From Callorhinchus milii (lineage: Eukaryota): a stretch of DNA of 64,000 bases. Both the position numbers and the translations under genes were made by a program. The stretch is from contig NW_024704743.1 of NCBI RefSeq assembly GCF_018977255.1, positions 57,662,001 to 57,726,000 on the forward strand, in the 5' to 3' direction. Below are positions 49,801 through 61,884 of the stretch, in pieces. Each line of letters opens with the position of its first letter. The stretch's first letter is position 1. The notes under the pieces were generated by a model that was not told where the DNA came from, made no database searches, and worked only from the letters and a program-made list of their open reading frames with translations.

Positions 49801-50818
49801 GCAGAGAATGGCACTCTCACTCTGATAGGTCCATCCATTTACCAACCTTCAGAGAAACATCCTTAACATTTTCTTGTCACCCCTCAACCCCCGCCAACAT
49901 TTGTTTGGTGCTAAGAAATGTATCTCAGGGACGGGCATAGTAGTTCAAGACTCCCCTCTGCCATGCAATCAGAAGCTTGCTCTTTGTAAAACTGAGTAAT
50001 GTGTTCATGACTTTAGCCCTCAATATGTCATTCTTTCTGTGGAGGTTCATTCTCATTTAGTATGAAAACCTCTTTTGTTGTTGGGAAAGGAGAGATCGCA
50101 TCGCACAAATATATATTAATGACTATCCATGAGATTTACACTTTGTCACCCTTTCTTGGACTATATTTGAACTGGTTCGTTCATTTTGTTTAGGTCAAAA
50201 GTTCTTTTTTGAAGCATTTTCTTTTTCCCCTAATGCAGCAGTATGTAGGCTTGAATGGGCAGCCAACTATTAAAGTGTTTTTTATCTAAACAAGTACAGT
50301 CAACAAAATATACAGCTTTGACATACAATATGTCCATAAACATGCCCTGATTAGTGTTACCCAGCTCCTTGAGTGAAGGTCTGGAAAGCAATTGAGGTCA
50401 GTTTTCTGCTGAATGCATAATGCATGTTTGGGAATGGGGAAAGCCAACCATTCTCAGAAAGGCTGCTATTATCAAACTGACACCAGAGTTTGCAGTTAAT
50501 GATTTACTTTAATTCAGGACGTTCACTTTAGGCTTAATGGAGGAATACAAGATTTTATGGACAGCCTCTATATAAATTATTATTTTCAAGAAATAAGTTT
50601 ATTGGTAAAAAAATTCATGCAAAATTAATATGTACTTGCTGTTCATTATTATCCCTTGTACTTACCTTCTATAAGGCTGCTACTTTTTAAAATATAATTA
50701 TGCTTAGAAGGAGCACAAAGTAGTATAGGGGATTGTTTTTTTCAGTTGCTGTTGCATCTGAAGTGTGAATTGAAATGCTACACAAGCTATACTTTTTTTC
50801 CCTTCTCTCTGCCATCAG

Positions 50819-50974
50819 CTTCCAAACCTGTTGACAACAGGCTGTGTACTGGGTCCATGCCTACCACCACACAGCTATGTCAGATCTCCTGCCCCATTGA
50901 ATGTGAAGTGTCCTCCTGGACCGCCTGGGGACCCTGTACCTACGAAAACTGTGCTGAGCCTCAAGGCAAGAAAG
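50819..50974 (+). CDS. THSD7A: THSD7A coding exon (probable exon 5)
   Basis: Pyrimidine tract plus ccatcag|CT acceptor and AAAG|gtatgc donor. Translates ASKPVDNRLCTGSMPTTTQLCQISCPIECEVSSWTAWGPCTYENCAEPQGKK. 156 nt, phase 1 to 1. Confidence 0.97.
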
Positions 50975-51789
50975 GTATGCTGATTTTGTCATTCGCATCG
51001 TTGTAACGCAATCATGTTAAAGGAATCTCATGCGCCGGAGTTAAGCACTGGTCCACTAATAGCCCAGCCCAGGATATACTCTTCCTGCACTGACTTCTGT
51101 GCTTCATGAGCAGTATGATCTGCTGACTTCACTTCCTGGGTATTTCACACGCAGGCAGTGACATCAACAGTGACCCGACCATCCCAGAAGTGCTGACGGT
51201 GGCCATTGTTTCTGTGCTTCCTTATAACACAAGGTCTGGGTTTATAGAATCAAATCTCTGTGGCTTAACAGGGTCACCCTTTTAGGCCAGTGTCACAAAA
51301 TCATTGGTATTTAAGCCATCTTAATTCAAGCCAATTAAATATAAAATGATTCCAATGTTAATTAGGCTAGTCTTAAGGAATTAAAATAAGAGTTGAATAA
51401 TACAAAAGACTCTTGTGCAGTCCAGTTACAATTGGTTTCTTTAATATGTAATTTTGTTGTTGTAGTCCAAATTTGATTGTAACGCAGTTGCACTCTGGAC
51501 CCCATTCACTGAGCATGTGAGTAGCTGGGTTGTTCACTTCCCCCACGCTAGCTACTTTCACACTAAAACACCCTAATTCCAGGTCGCTGACATCATGTCC
51601 TGCACACGCAGCAATTGGATGATCCGGAAGTTGACAACTGTAGCTTTCCCTGCTAAAAAAAATAATTTTCTTCACCATGCACAGTGAAACTAGCTATCTG
51701 GCCTAGTTAAAAAGCAGGTTGGTAATTTATGGGATTTTAATAAGTCTCCACTGTATTGACAACACAAGTTTACTGTAATATGTCTACAA

Positions 51790-52580
51790 AAACAACAAAA
51801 TTACATTTATAGAGCACCTTTCATGTAGGGAGGATGTCCCAAAGCGCTGAACAGTCAGGTATCAGGGCCCGAGCATGGGGGAGGGGTGGTGTAGGGATGA
51901 GGGAAGGCAGAGAGGTCGGAGGGAGACCAAAGGCACGGTTGAAGAGAAGTGTCTTGAGACCGGCCTCGAAGGAGGCAAGGGAGGAAGTGAGGCGAAGGGA
52001 CCGTGGGATGGAGTTCCAGAGTGTGGGGCAGGGAGGCTGAAAGCCCGGCCACCGATGGTCGGGCAGGAGACATGGTGTAGGCTGGAGCCTGATGAATGGA
52101 GGAAGCGGGCAGGTTGGTAGAAAGTCAGCAGGTCAGAGAGGTAGGAGGGGTAAGGCCATGGATGTCCTTAAAGGTGAGGACGAGGATCTTGAACTCAATC
52201 CTCTGGGGGATGGGGAGCCAGTGGAGTCGGGCGAGGGTGGGAGTGATGGGGTCACGGAGCCTGGTGCGTGAGAGTACATGAGCTACAGAGTTTTGGATGA
52301 TCTGCAGCTTGTGAAGGGAAGAGTTGGGAAGGCCGATGAGGAGAGAGTTCCCGTAACTGAGCCTTGATTTGACGAATGCGTGGGTGAGGGTTTCGGCAGC
52401 CTGAGGGGTGAGGGAGTGGCGGAGTCTGGCAATATTGCAGAGGAGGTGGTAGGCAGTTCTGGTCATGGCGTGGATGTGGGGGAGAAAGGACAGTTCAGGG
52501 TCAAACAAGACACCCAGGTTCCTGACTGGCTTAGTGAGGATGAGTGAGCAGCCGTGGAGGCTGATGCTGCCTGCGCCTGA
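51790..52580 (-). mobile_element. L2 LINE 3' fragment
   Basis: FDPELSFLPHIHAMTRTAYH...AAETLTHAFVKSRLSYGNSLL...LHWLPIPQRIEFKILVLTFK, with the tail at ~51790. Confidence 0.93.
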
Positions 52581-53576
52581 GGACTACAAGAATAACAAAT
52601 GAATCTTCTGCTAAAGTAATCTTACCAAATACTGCAACCTTCGATTTTAAATCAGGCTGTAGGCCTGAAGTTGTAAACATTGAAAAATATTCACTGAAAT
52701 AATTGAATTAAGAAACCAGAGGTAATTGTGGTTTGAATATTAGCAAGATGCTTTCTGGGCAATTTGAGGAGCTTACATTAATCACCTTAATAAGGCAGAC
52801 ACCTCTCTGAAGGACTGAGTGTCACAGCTAGTTAGAATATGCATCTTTCATACAAACTCTGTTGCCCACCTTTGAGTCTTCAATGAAAATCTTTTCTCTC
52901 TGACAGTGATAGTGGTCCCACGTCAGTTTAGCCTGGTGAGTTTCAGGGAGGACACAACACAAAAAATAATTGGTGAATAAAACGTTATTCCTAAAGCCAG
53001 GCGCAAGTGGGAATCCCTCGTACCTACCTTAGCTGAATGTTTGGATCTGAAGCCGATTCCAAGATTTGTCTGCAGTTCTATTCTTGGTCCTTATCCTGGA
53101 CCTGGCATTTGAGGGCCGCTTCACAAGATACTGATTGAGTTAAGCTATAAACTGTGAAGCTGCACAGAATCCATGTAACTAGTGATGAAAGATAACTAGG
53201 GGAGTGTAGAAATCTTTAAGCCTATCCATTGTTCTGAAGTCGGTGTGGGGGAATGGATGGTTACACCCACACCCAGTCTCTAGTTATCGACCAGCCACGT
53301 TGATAACGTTTATGAATGATGTGATAATTATCACTGTTGATAGAGACAATTAGTGATAATTAACACACTGCAGGTCGCAATTTTCACCCTTAAATTATCC
53401 AATTATATTAACTATCTGTCTGGTTTGAAGAATGTATTATTTTGAGTTGCTAATTGTAGATTCAGTTGAATAGATCACTTGTGCCTTTAGAATTGAGGCA
53501 AATTCAGACCAGAGAATGTTTTTTTTATTGTTTGAACTGAACAAGCAAATTGATTCCTTCCTTGTTTTATGGCTAG

Positions 53577-53780
53577 GTTTTAAACTGCGGAGGCGACAAA
53601 TTGTTAATGAGCCCACTGGGGGTACTGGCAACTGTCCACACCTGATTGAAGCCATCCCGTGTGATAATCCGTCCTGTTACAGTTGGCAGATTGTGAGACT
53701 GGAAGAATGCATACCCGATAATGGCAGCAAATGTGGACCCGGCATCCAGGCACCGATGGTTCAATGTATCAACACCGACA
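53577..53780 (+). CDS. THSD7A: THSD7A coding exon (probable exon 6)
   Basis: Acceptor ttttatggctag|GT and donor GACA|gtaaga. Translates GFKLRRRQIVNEPTGGTGNCPHLIEAIPCDNPSCYSWQIVRLEECIPDNGSKCGPGIQAPMVQCINTD. 204 nt, phase 1 to 1. Confidence 0.96.
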
Positions 53781-54994
53781 GTAAGAGATTGTTTTAATGT
53801 CTGTATTCAGAATGGAAATTTGTGGAGTGCGCTTTTTTTTGTTCTCCATGTTTTAATCCACTGAGGACCATATTTGTTGAATTGGGTTTCTTACTTTAGA
53901 GGTGCAGAATAGCTTGACATCCCTCCCAACCCACCTCAGCTCTTATCCCCAGCTTGCGTGCCCAACCAGCATTGTCGAGTGCTTCGAGACGTTCTCCTGA
54001 CATGAAAGACACTATATAAGTGTAAATTGTATTGTAATAAGTTAAAACCTATTAGGAAATGCAATTTTCAGCAGAGTGTGCCAAGTGAGTCTGGTGAAAT
54101 CCATACTCATTGTGTTCTCACTGTTCCTAAAAGCACTTTCTCTCTATGTTGTAAGGAAGTCACAGTGCTATCACACTGCAGCACAGAAGAAACACATCAT
54201 AAAATACAGCCATGGAAAGCCTATTGTTTTATAATAATATGGTCATGGAATTTCTATTATTTTATAATCATAGATGATTGAAACAACATTTTCATTTATG
54301 GAACACCTTTCACCTCGGGAGGACATCGCAAAGCATGTCACACATCACCTTCACATAAAAAATTTAATTTGTCAAGAGTGTAGGAATTAATGTTTAAAAA
54401 AATACCGCTGTCCAAGGCTAGCAGAGGAAGAAGACTTTGTACACGTTCAAATACTGCCATAACTTGTGTCCGCTTGTTTTTTCCAAACTAGTCTTTGGTA
54501 CAGTAATGATCTAACGATTTTATGCTGAAATCTGAGATCTCAGACTGATTAAAAACTTGTGCTTTAATCAGTTTCTTCTCTCCTGTCCCAGGATACAACA
54601 TACTGGGCCACTCATGTCCACTGCATGCCACCACTTCACAATCAACACACTATTGTTTGGCTCTCTTCCATCTTTCAGCTGTGAGCAATAAAAGCGGGCT
54701 TTGACATCTGCTCACTGCCTCTTCTTTGCCACTATTCTCTTGTACACCCCCCCCCCCCACCACAATGTTTCTAAGTTTAGAAGACATATTTAGACACAGG
54801 AGAATCAGTAAACCATTGCCAATTATATAGGTAGGAACATAGACACACAGGGACATGAGGAGACTATTCAACCCATTGAGTCTTCGGCCCACCTTGCCCC
54901 CATCCCCACGCCCCCAGTTTATTAAATTTTGGCAGATCTTTTAATTCCAGTACCCCATCCTTTTCACCGTACCCCTTAATATTTTTACTACATA

Positions 54995-55326
54995 ACTCAC
55001 AGTCTTGACTTACACTCCAATGCAGTGCTTGGGAGGGTTGCATTGTCGGAAGTGCCATTCTTCAGATAATTTAGATGATTCAGGTGGATGTTTAATGATC
55101 CCATCGTACTATTTGAAAAGAGAAGGAGGTTTCTCCTGGTGTTCTTGCTACCAATCGCCAAATAAAATTGGTGACTTACTTCATGGCTGTTTGTGGAACA
55201 TTGCTGTGTGCAAATTAGCTGCTGTGTTTACCTGCACAGTAACTACACTTCATAGTAAAATCTTGGAAAGCTCTGTGAGATGTTTGAATGTGATAAAGGG
55301 CTATATCAAATGCAAGGATTATTATT
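54995..55326 (+). mobile_element. Old Deu-domain SINE
   Basis: cactccaatgcagtgcttgggagggttgcattgtcgga...caggtggatgtt...gatcccat...ggctgtttgtggaacattgctgtgtgcaaattagctg...gcaaggattattatt. Confidence 0.8.
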
Positions 55327-56079
55327 AATCATAATATCATCTATTTATCTCACTTTTAAACATCCCTATTGATTTATATAGTACCCTTCACCCAGGGTAG
55401 CATCCTGGAACTAGACCACTTCCTGAAATTTAAAAGAATTTAAGATAATTAGGTGCTGATACGGATGTACCAAAGGAATCTTTTCGGACAGATAGGGCTT
55501 GATGGACCAATGCTTAATAACTGCCTATTATTTATATGTTACTTTAAATCCTAAACTCACATAAGCAATCCTTCGAAGCTCTTATTCAATGTATTCAGTT
55601 TGTTTGTTTATTTATTCAATCTAGTTAGTTAAGTTTTGTAATCCTCAATTAATGGAGCAAGCTGGAAATGCATAGCTCACATGCTCCATTAATAGAGCAG
55701 ACAGGCAAATATACACCACTCTGCAAACATCTGGGTGGTCAGAGTGGGATTGGCATGTACAGTAGTCCTTCGCCCACAGGCCAATCAAGTTTTTCGGACT
55801 CTGTCACACAACCATGTAGCAATTCAAACAGACCTTTCTTAAAAAGGTTTTATTAATATTCATTAAATCTACCTCAGGACTGTTTCTAAAATATCAAGTC
55901 TATAATAATAATCATCCTTGCATTTGGTATAGCAACTTGACATGCTGTTGAAACATCTCATCTCAAAGTGCTTCATGGAGTGTACTGTAAAGTGTAGTGG
56001 CTGTTGTTTTTTTTGTCTATTTGTTGGCAAATCTCAGAAACGAATAGGCATATTAAAACGTGGCATCACATACTCATGG

Positions 56080-56128
56080 ACACACACACATACATGCACA
56101 AACATATACACACACACACACACACACA
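56080..56128. repeat. Imperfect (CA)n microsatellite
   Basis: cacacacacatacatgcacaaacatatacacacacacacacacacac read directly. Confidence 0.85.
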
Positions 56129-58387
56129 AACTCATACACATGGAAACTGGCAAAAATAGTTCAAAGCATGTTGCTCTTTAACATTCAATGTAAATCTAAA
56201 TGAGCAGAACTGGTTGGGGTTTTGACACCCATATGAATTAAGCCGTTTTGACACTTTTACTGCAATGTAGGAAAACATTAAATATAATCTTGTTAGTTAT
56301 TCAAGCCCATGGCAATCTTAAATTGCATATCATTTTAAAAAAATCAGGAAACTGTACAAATGATGCAGGATATATGTAAATGTACTCTGTATGGTTAGCC
56401 AGAAGCGGTGCTTTAATACTTGATGGGGACCATGTCAAATGTAAATTCCTTTTGAAATTGTGGAAGGAAGAGGAGCTATAGAACTGACAAGTAGCCATCT
56501 CAAGAGTCCTCAGGAAAAGACAGCTGCAGAGGCGAAGAGGTCTTTAATTTTTTATTTCCTGATTTAGAAATTCCAAAATACTACAAGATGTTAATACAGT
56601 TGCTCCAATGTAAGTTTGCAATGATTCCAACAAAATTGAAAATAGTTTGTTGTTCAAAGTAGCAGGCCCCACTTCTCAATTGAAGGAAAAATAGTGGAGC
56701 TGTGTTTTGATAGAGTTTCTAAGAATATTTGCCTTCCATTAGTTCTATTTATATAAATGTGCTATTGTCTGATTAGTCTCCTGACGACTAGATTCTGTGT
56801 TTACCCTCTACCACAACAACAACAAAAACAGCAACAACCACAACTTGCACTTACATAGCGCCCTCCATGCAGGGTAGCATCTCAGAGCACTTAAACCTTC
56901 TAAGTAAGCATAGTTGTATGTGTTAACTTGACTTGGCCTTTTTGGTATCTTACTGGTAGAATTATTACTTGAAGGAGTTAAGACAAATCAAAGAACATCC
57001 CCTCACTGACGTTTCCATCCTTCTGATGAGACGTTAAACCAAAGTTCCGTATGCCTATTCAGGTGAACATTAAAGATCCCCTGGCACTATTTGAAAAGAC
57101 AAGGGAGTTTCTCCCGGTGTCCTGGTCAACAATCTCCCAAATAAAATTGGTCATTCACTTCATGGATGTTTGTGGGATATTGCACTGCGCAAATTTGCCT
57201 ACACATTCACTCTACCTTACCAAAACATTGTGAAGCACTTTAAGATATTCACAAAGTTATAGCAAGATGTCACTCCAGCACTGTTTGTCAATATCACCTC
57301 AAACTAAGGTTCATCAAAAGCTGAAGTCTAAATCCTACAGATTTAAACACAGCAGCACCATTGAGCTGAGGAACTTTGCCCATTAAGGGGTCACTTGAGA
57401 GTGCCAAATCATAAAATACTCCCTTAGAGTCAACAGAGCAGAGTCTTTCATTGCTTGCTTTCCATACATGAAATGATAGCACTAACCAGTCCTTAATAAA
57501 AGAAGCAGATTTTGTGCAAAAGTGTTTTATTCTGGTTGGTATTGGTATATTTTGGCATTAGTGTGTGGTATCAATTGGAAAACATTGGCCTTGTCGATAG
57601 TGGTTTTGTATTCCAAGAACTGGCCATGAAAAGTTTCAAAGTAATTTATAATCTAGATTTCTCTCTAAATAAATCATAGCCTGCAAGTGTAATTTTATGG
57701 CCTGTAATGTGAAAAAGAAAATGAGATTTGATACCAATGCTACCCTTCCTGCATTTAGTTTTATTAGGTTTTACTGCCTGTGTTTGATAGCTCTATGTTG
57801 AACTGTAAGGTGTCATGCTTCATTCATTCAATAATTACGATCCAATAATGTGCTTTAGATGGTATCCCTTGTAATTGGGTTATTGGTTTATATTAAATTT
57901 GCTACAGCAAAATGCTCAAAATGGCAACAGTTCAGCTTTCAATTGAAGGAGGCGATTGATACCATCTCGTTTTTCCTCTTGTGGCTTAGAGTTGTCAGTT
58001 GCTCCCAAATGACTTAAGAAATGGATTGTGGAGATCAGTCCCCACTTAAATTGACAGGATATCCTGTAGCTCAAGTTGTTAAGAGAATGTCTTATAATAA
58101 AATTCCCAACTCGTGGATGTTATTAGAAAAAGAAAGCTCTAGCTCTGGACTTTATACTCCACAGTTCCAAGTTATTGGAACTGTGATTTAGACTTTTATG
58201 GAATTCTAATACTAATAATCCTATCATTTGCATTTAATATAGCACCTTCTATGTCGGGATGTGCCAAAGCGCTTCACAGAATTTGCTGTGAAAGCAGTGA
58301 CTCTGTATTTTGTAGGTAAACATATTGATACAATATTAATAATCCTCATTGTTGAGGTGTTGGAGATGAGCTGGTAAAAGATTACCA

Positions 58388-58594
58388 GAAAAAAAACACA
58401 AAGCAGATACTGGAAATCTGAAAACAAAAACAGAAGTCGCTGGGAAGACTCAGCAGGTAAGCAGCGTCCATGCAGAAAGGAAAGTGAGTCAACGTTTCGG
58501 GTCCTCGACCCTTCGTCAGAACTGTTCTGACAAAGGGTTGTGGACCCGAAACATTGACTCACTTTCCTTTCTCCATAGATGCTGCCTGACCTGT
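58388..58594. mobile_element. PLE-derived mini-element of two inverted pLTR ends
   Basis: Perfect 13-bp TSD taaaagattacca (58375-58387 and 58595-58607). ~70-bp imperfect inverted repeat centred on 58523. Confidence 0.88.
58487..58523 (-). ncRNA. Putative minimal type-I hammerhead ribozyme
   Basis: Minus strand: AGUU CUGACGA A GGGUC-GAG-GACCC GAAAC GUU GACU. It has the conserved core boxes, a 5-bp stem II, a palindromic ACGU stem III and a 4-bp stem I. Activity is untested. Confidence 0.7.
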
Positions 58595-61559
58595 TAAAAG
58601 ATTACCATTGTGGAGATTAAACTCTCTTCAATGTATCTGGGGCTGATTTATGATCGTTACATTTCTTGCTTACTGTGGCAGGAGCCAAATGATCCCAGCA
58701 CAGATACTGAGTATAGTTTAGTGTGTTGATGTCATTCTAATGTGATTGTAGCTCCATTAGCAAGCCTTCTATGAATCCATTAACATGTTTTCATGTGTCC
58801 CATGGGTAGTTACACAGAAAGATGATACCCTAATTTCTGGAGAAGGAAAAAATGATCAGGTGGAGATACTCCGAGAAGCATACTGATTTATACACTGTAA
58901 TAAATGATTTTGTCACATTCTGAAAATCCTCACTTTTAGTTGACACATCCACCCATAAGCAGTTTGAGGAAAAAAATAAATTCACGATGCATTTCCTTAA
59001 ATGCATTTGTAAAACAATTGATGTTAAAAAACATGTCATTGGGTGAATGTTTGTACACATTGCTGGAAACAATAGCAGTGGTGGGAATGGACTCTTATTA
59101 CAATTTGAGGGTCTAATGTCTGAAATTCTCATGGTCATATCCTTGAGGCCATTTGTGTAACATTTAAGGTTGTGTAGTTTGACGGGAAATTCTTAAGGTC
59201 AGTTTTAATTTGCAACCGTTTTAATCTTAAAAAAACAATTCTCTGAATTTTCAAAAACTCCTGCACAATCTTAATTTTTAAGACCAGGAGAAATAGAGGG
59301 TCTCTGTGGTCATCATTAATCAGGTATATCATCGTCAAATATAAAATTAAACTACTTGCGTCTGCTCTGCTCCACCAATGTGCTCTAGCCTTCCTCAGAT
59401 TGTAAACTTTTATGGTCTCAGATAAAGTCTACCTAGGCTTTATACAATGGGTCTTACTTCAGCAATAGGTGTATTGTGGCCTCCTAAGTTAATTCCATGT
59501 TAGATCCTTAAAGCCAACAACAACAACAACAAAATTACATTTATAGAGCGCCTTTCACGTCGGGAGGATGTCCCGAAGCGCCGAACAGTCAGCTGTCGGG
59601 GCCCGAGCATGGGGTGGAGGGGTGGTGTAGGAGTGAGGGAAGGCAGAGAGGTGGGAGTACTTGGGAAAGAGACAGGCAATCAGTCATAGCCATGTGTCAG
59701 TGCCAGAGGGGCCGATAGTACCAGGGGAACACTGCCCACTATTTACCAGATGGTACCATTGTCTGGGTTGAGGTGGAGTTTCTTCAAGGCTGTAAATAGC
59801 AAACAAAGTATAGAACAGCAGAAAGCAGTTTAGTTGAGCTAATTGTATTGCCGCTCACACTTAGGCAATGTGCACATTTTGAGTTTGGCAACACATTGTG
59901 CAAGCTCTCGATGCCAATTTAACATGCTGGGCTCTTTAAAGTGGATCAGTATGCACTTCTGCATCAGTGCAACTGAATTCCATTTCAGATAGAGGGAGAA
60001 ATAGTCTCACACGATGGAGGCAATTCAAAGGGTCCCCTTTCTTCTCTGATTAAGGAGCAATCTGAAACGGAAGCAATTATAAATAATGAAGTGCCATCAT
60101 AATTTCAAACTAAATAGATTTAATTTTTTTTCGCCTTTTATCTTCACCATTGAAGGAAGCACTTCATGCTGGGGTACACTTTCAAGGCTGCTGGTAGGTT
60201 TGGCCAGGTGACCTTTCTTATATGTAACCCTGGACAGTGAGGGGAGGATTCTCCACTATTCAGCATATTTGCTCGGTGGTTGGGGGAAGGGAAGGGGTTG
60301 ATTATTTGTTTCCTAATCCTGCTGAAGGCACTACAGGGCTTTTGTTTTCTTTAAAATGGCAATCATTGTGATGATATTTAGTGGGGTGGGTGTATTATCA
60401 CCTAAACTCTGATGTGACTGCAATAAAATATTACCCAATGTCTTAGCTGTTTGTCTACAAAATGCAGTCACTGCACTTTTCACTATATCCTGTGAAGCGA
60501 CTTGAGACATATTGATAACATGATGAGGTGCTATATTAAATACAAGGATTATTATTCACATTATAAGGTTGTTATAAGTTGAACAAAGTGTATTCGAGTC
60601 ATTGGCATTTCAGCCATTTCACACTGTAATAAGCTCCCCTCATTGCAACTGCCAACTTTGATTCCATTCCTCTGCTCTTATTATTAAGCCTTTTATATTT
60701 TGCTTTTTCAATGGGGATCTATCTAATGCTTTTAGCAGATAACATAAATAGTTTGGTTCCAATAGTCACATGTGGTAACGCATTCAAATTGCTGAATAAA
60801 CTTATCCTTATGTGCGGTGTGCTGCTCCCCACTGTTTACTTGTCATTCTTTGGATGAGTATCTCACAGCAGCAGAGAAGTGAAAACCCAGGTCTGAAACT
60901 GTGCAGCAAATGTTAATGTTTGCTTCTGAATATTCTGTTTGAAACTCCTCAGAGTGCAGGAAAGAGTTCCCCCATGTACAATGCCAGCCATCTCTACAGG
61001 TAGTTTGAGTATCCCAATTTGCTGGTTTCACCCTTGAATACAGCTATCATTGTTCCTTTTCTTGAACAGCACACACCTTATTGTTCAAAAATCTTTGATT
61101 GTTAACTGAACTCAGAGGAAAAGAAGGAATCCCCATACAATACGCACCCAGTATAGGTCAGGAATTCCAGTATGCTTTGACTTGTTGTAATACAAGGAAT
61201 GGGCAAAGAAATACCTGCAAATGTCCTTTAATTAAAACCTGTAAATGTCAACTTGGCTCAGTTGGTAGCCCTTGAGTCAAAAGCTTGTGGGTTCAAGCCC
61301 ACATCTGACATTGTCTAGGTGCAGTTCTGGGGAGGAGCACTGCATTCTCAAAGATGCTGACGTTCAGATGAGAAGTTAAACTGAGTCACTGCCTTCTTGT
61401 TCAGGTGGACAGTAAACACCCACAGCATTGTTCAAAAAGAAAAGGGAGTTTCTTCCAGAGTCCTGAACAACAATCCCCAAATAAAATTGGTCACTCACTT
61501 TAGGACTGTTTGTGGGACATTGCTGTATACAAACTGTACAGGAAATCATGTGACACACT

Positions 61560-61884
61560 TAATAATAATAATAATCCTTGCATTTGATATAGCGCTTTTC
61601 ACGTCGGGAGGACGTCCCAAAGCGCTTCACAGAATATACTGTAAAGTGAATTGACTGTATACTTGTGGGTGAATGCGGCAGCCAATTGCACACAGCAATG
61701 TCCCACAAACAGTCGTAGATTGAAAATCACCAATTTATTATTGTTTTTGGTTTTTGGAGAGATTATTATTAGGCGTGTGGAGAAAGGAAACTTGCCCAAG
61801 GTTTCGCCCTGACCTGCCTGGAATTGAACTCAGGTCTCTCACTTGCAAAGCGAGTGCTCTAACCACTGAGCTACAGGACTCCAC
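61560..61884 (-). mobile_element. Full-length young tRNA(Ala)-headed Deu-SINE inserted in an older Deu-SINE (61248-~61930, + strand)
   Basis: Close reverse-complement match to 37682-37999. The host SINE starts gtcaacttggctcagttggtagc...gggttcaagccc at 61247. Confidence 0.93.
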
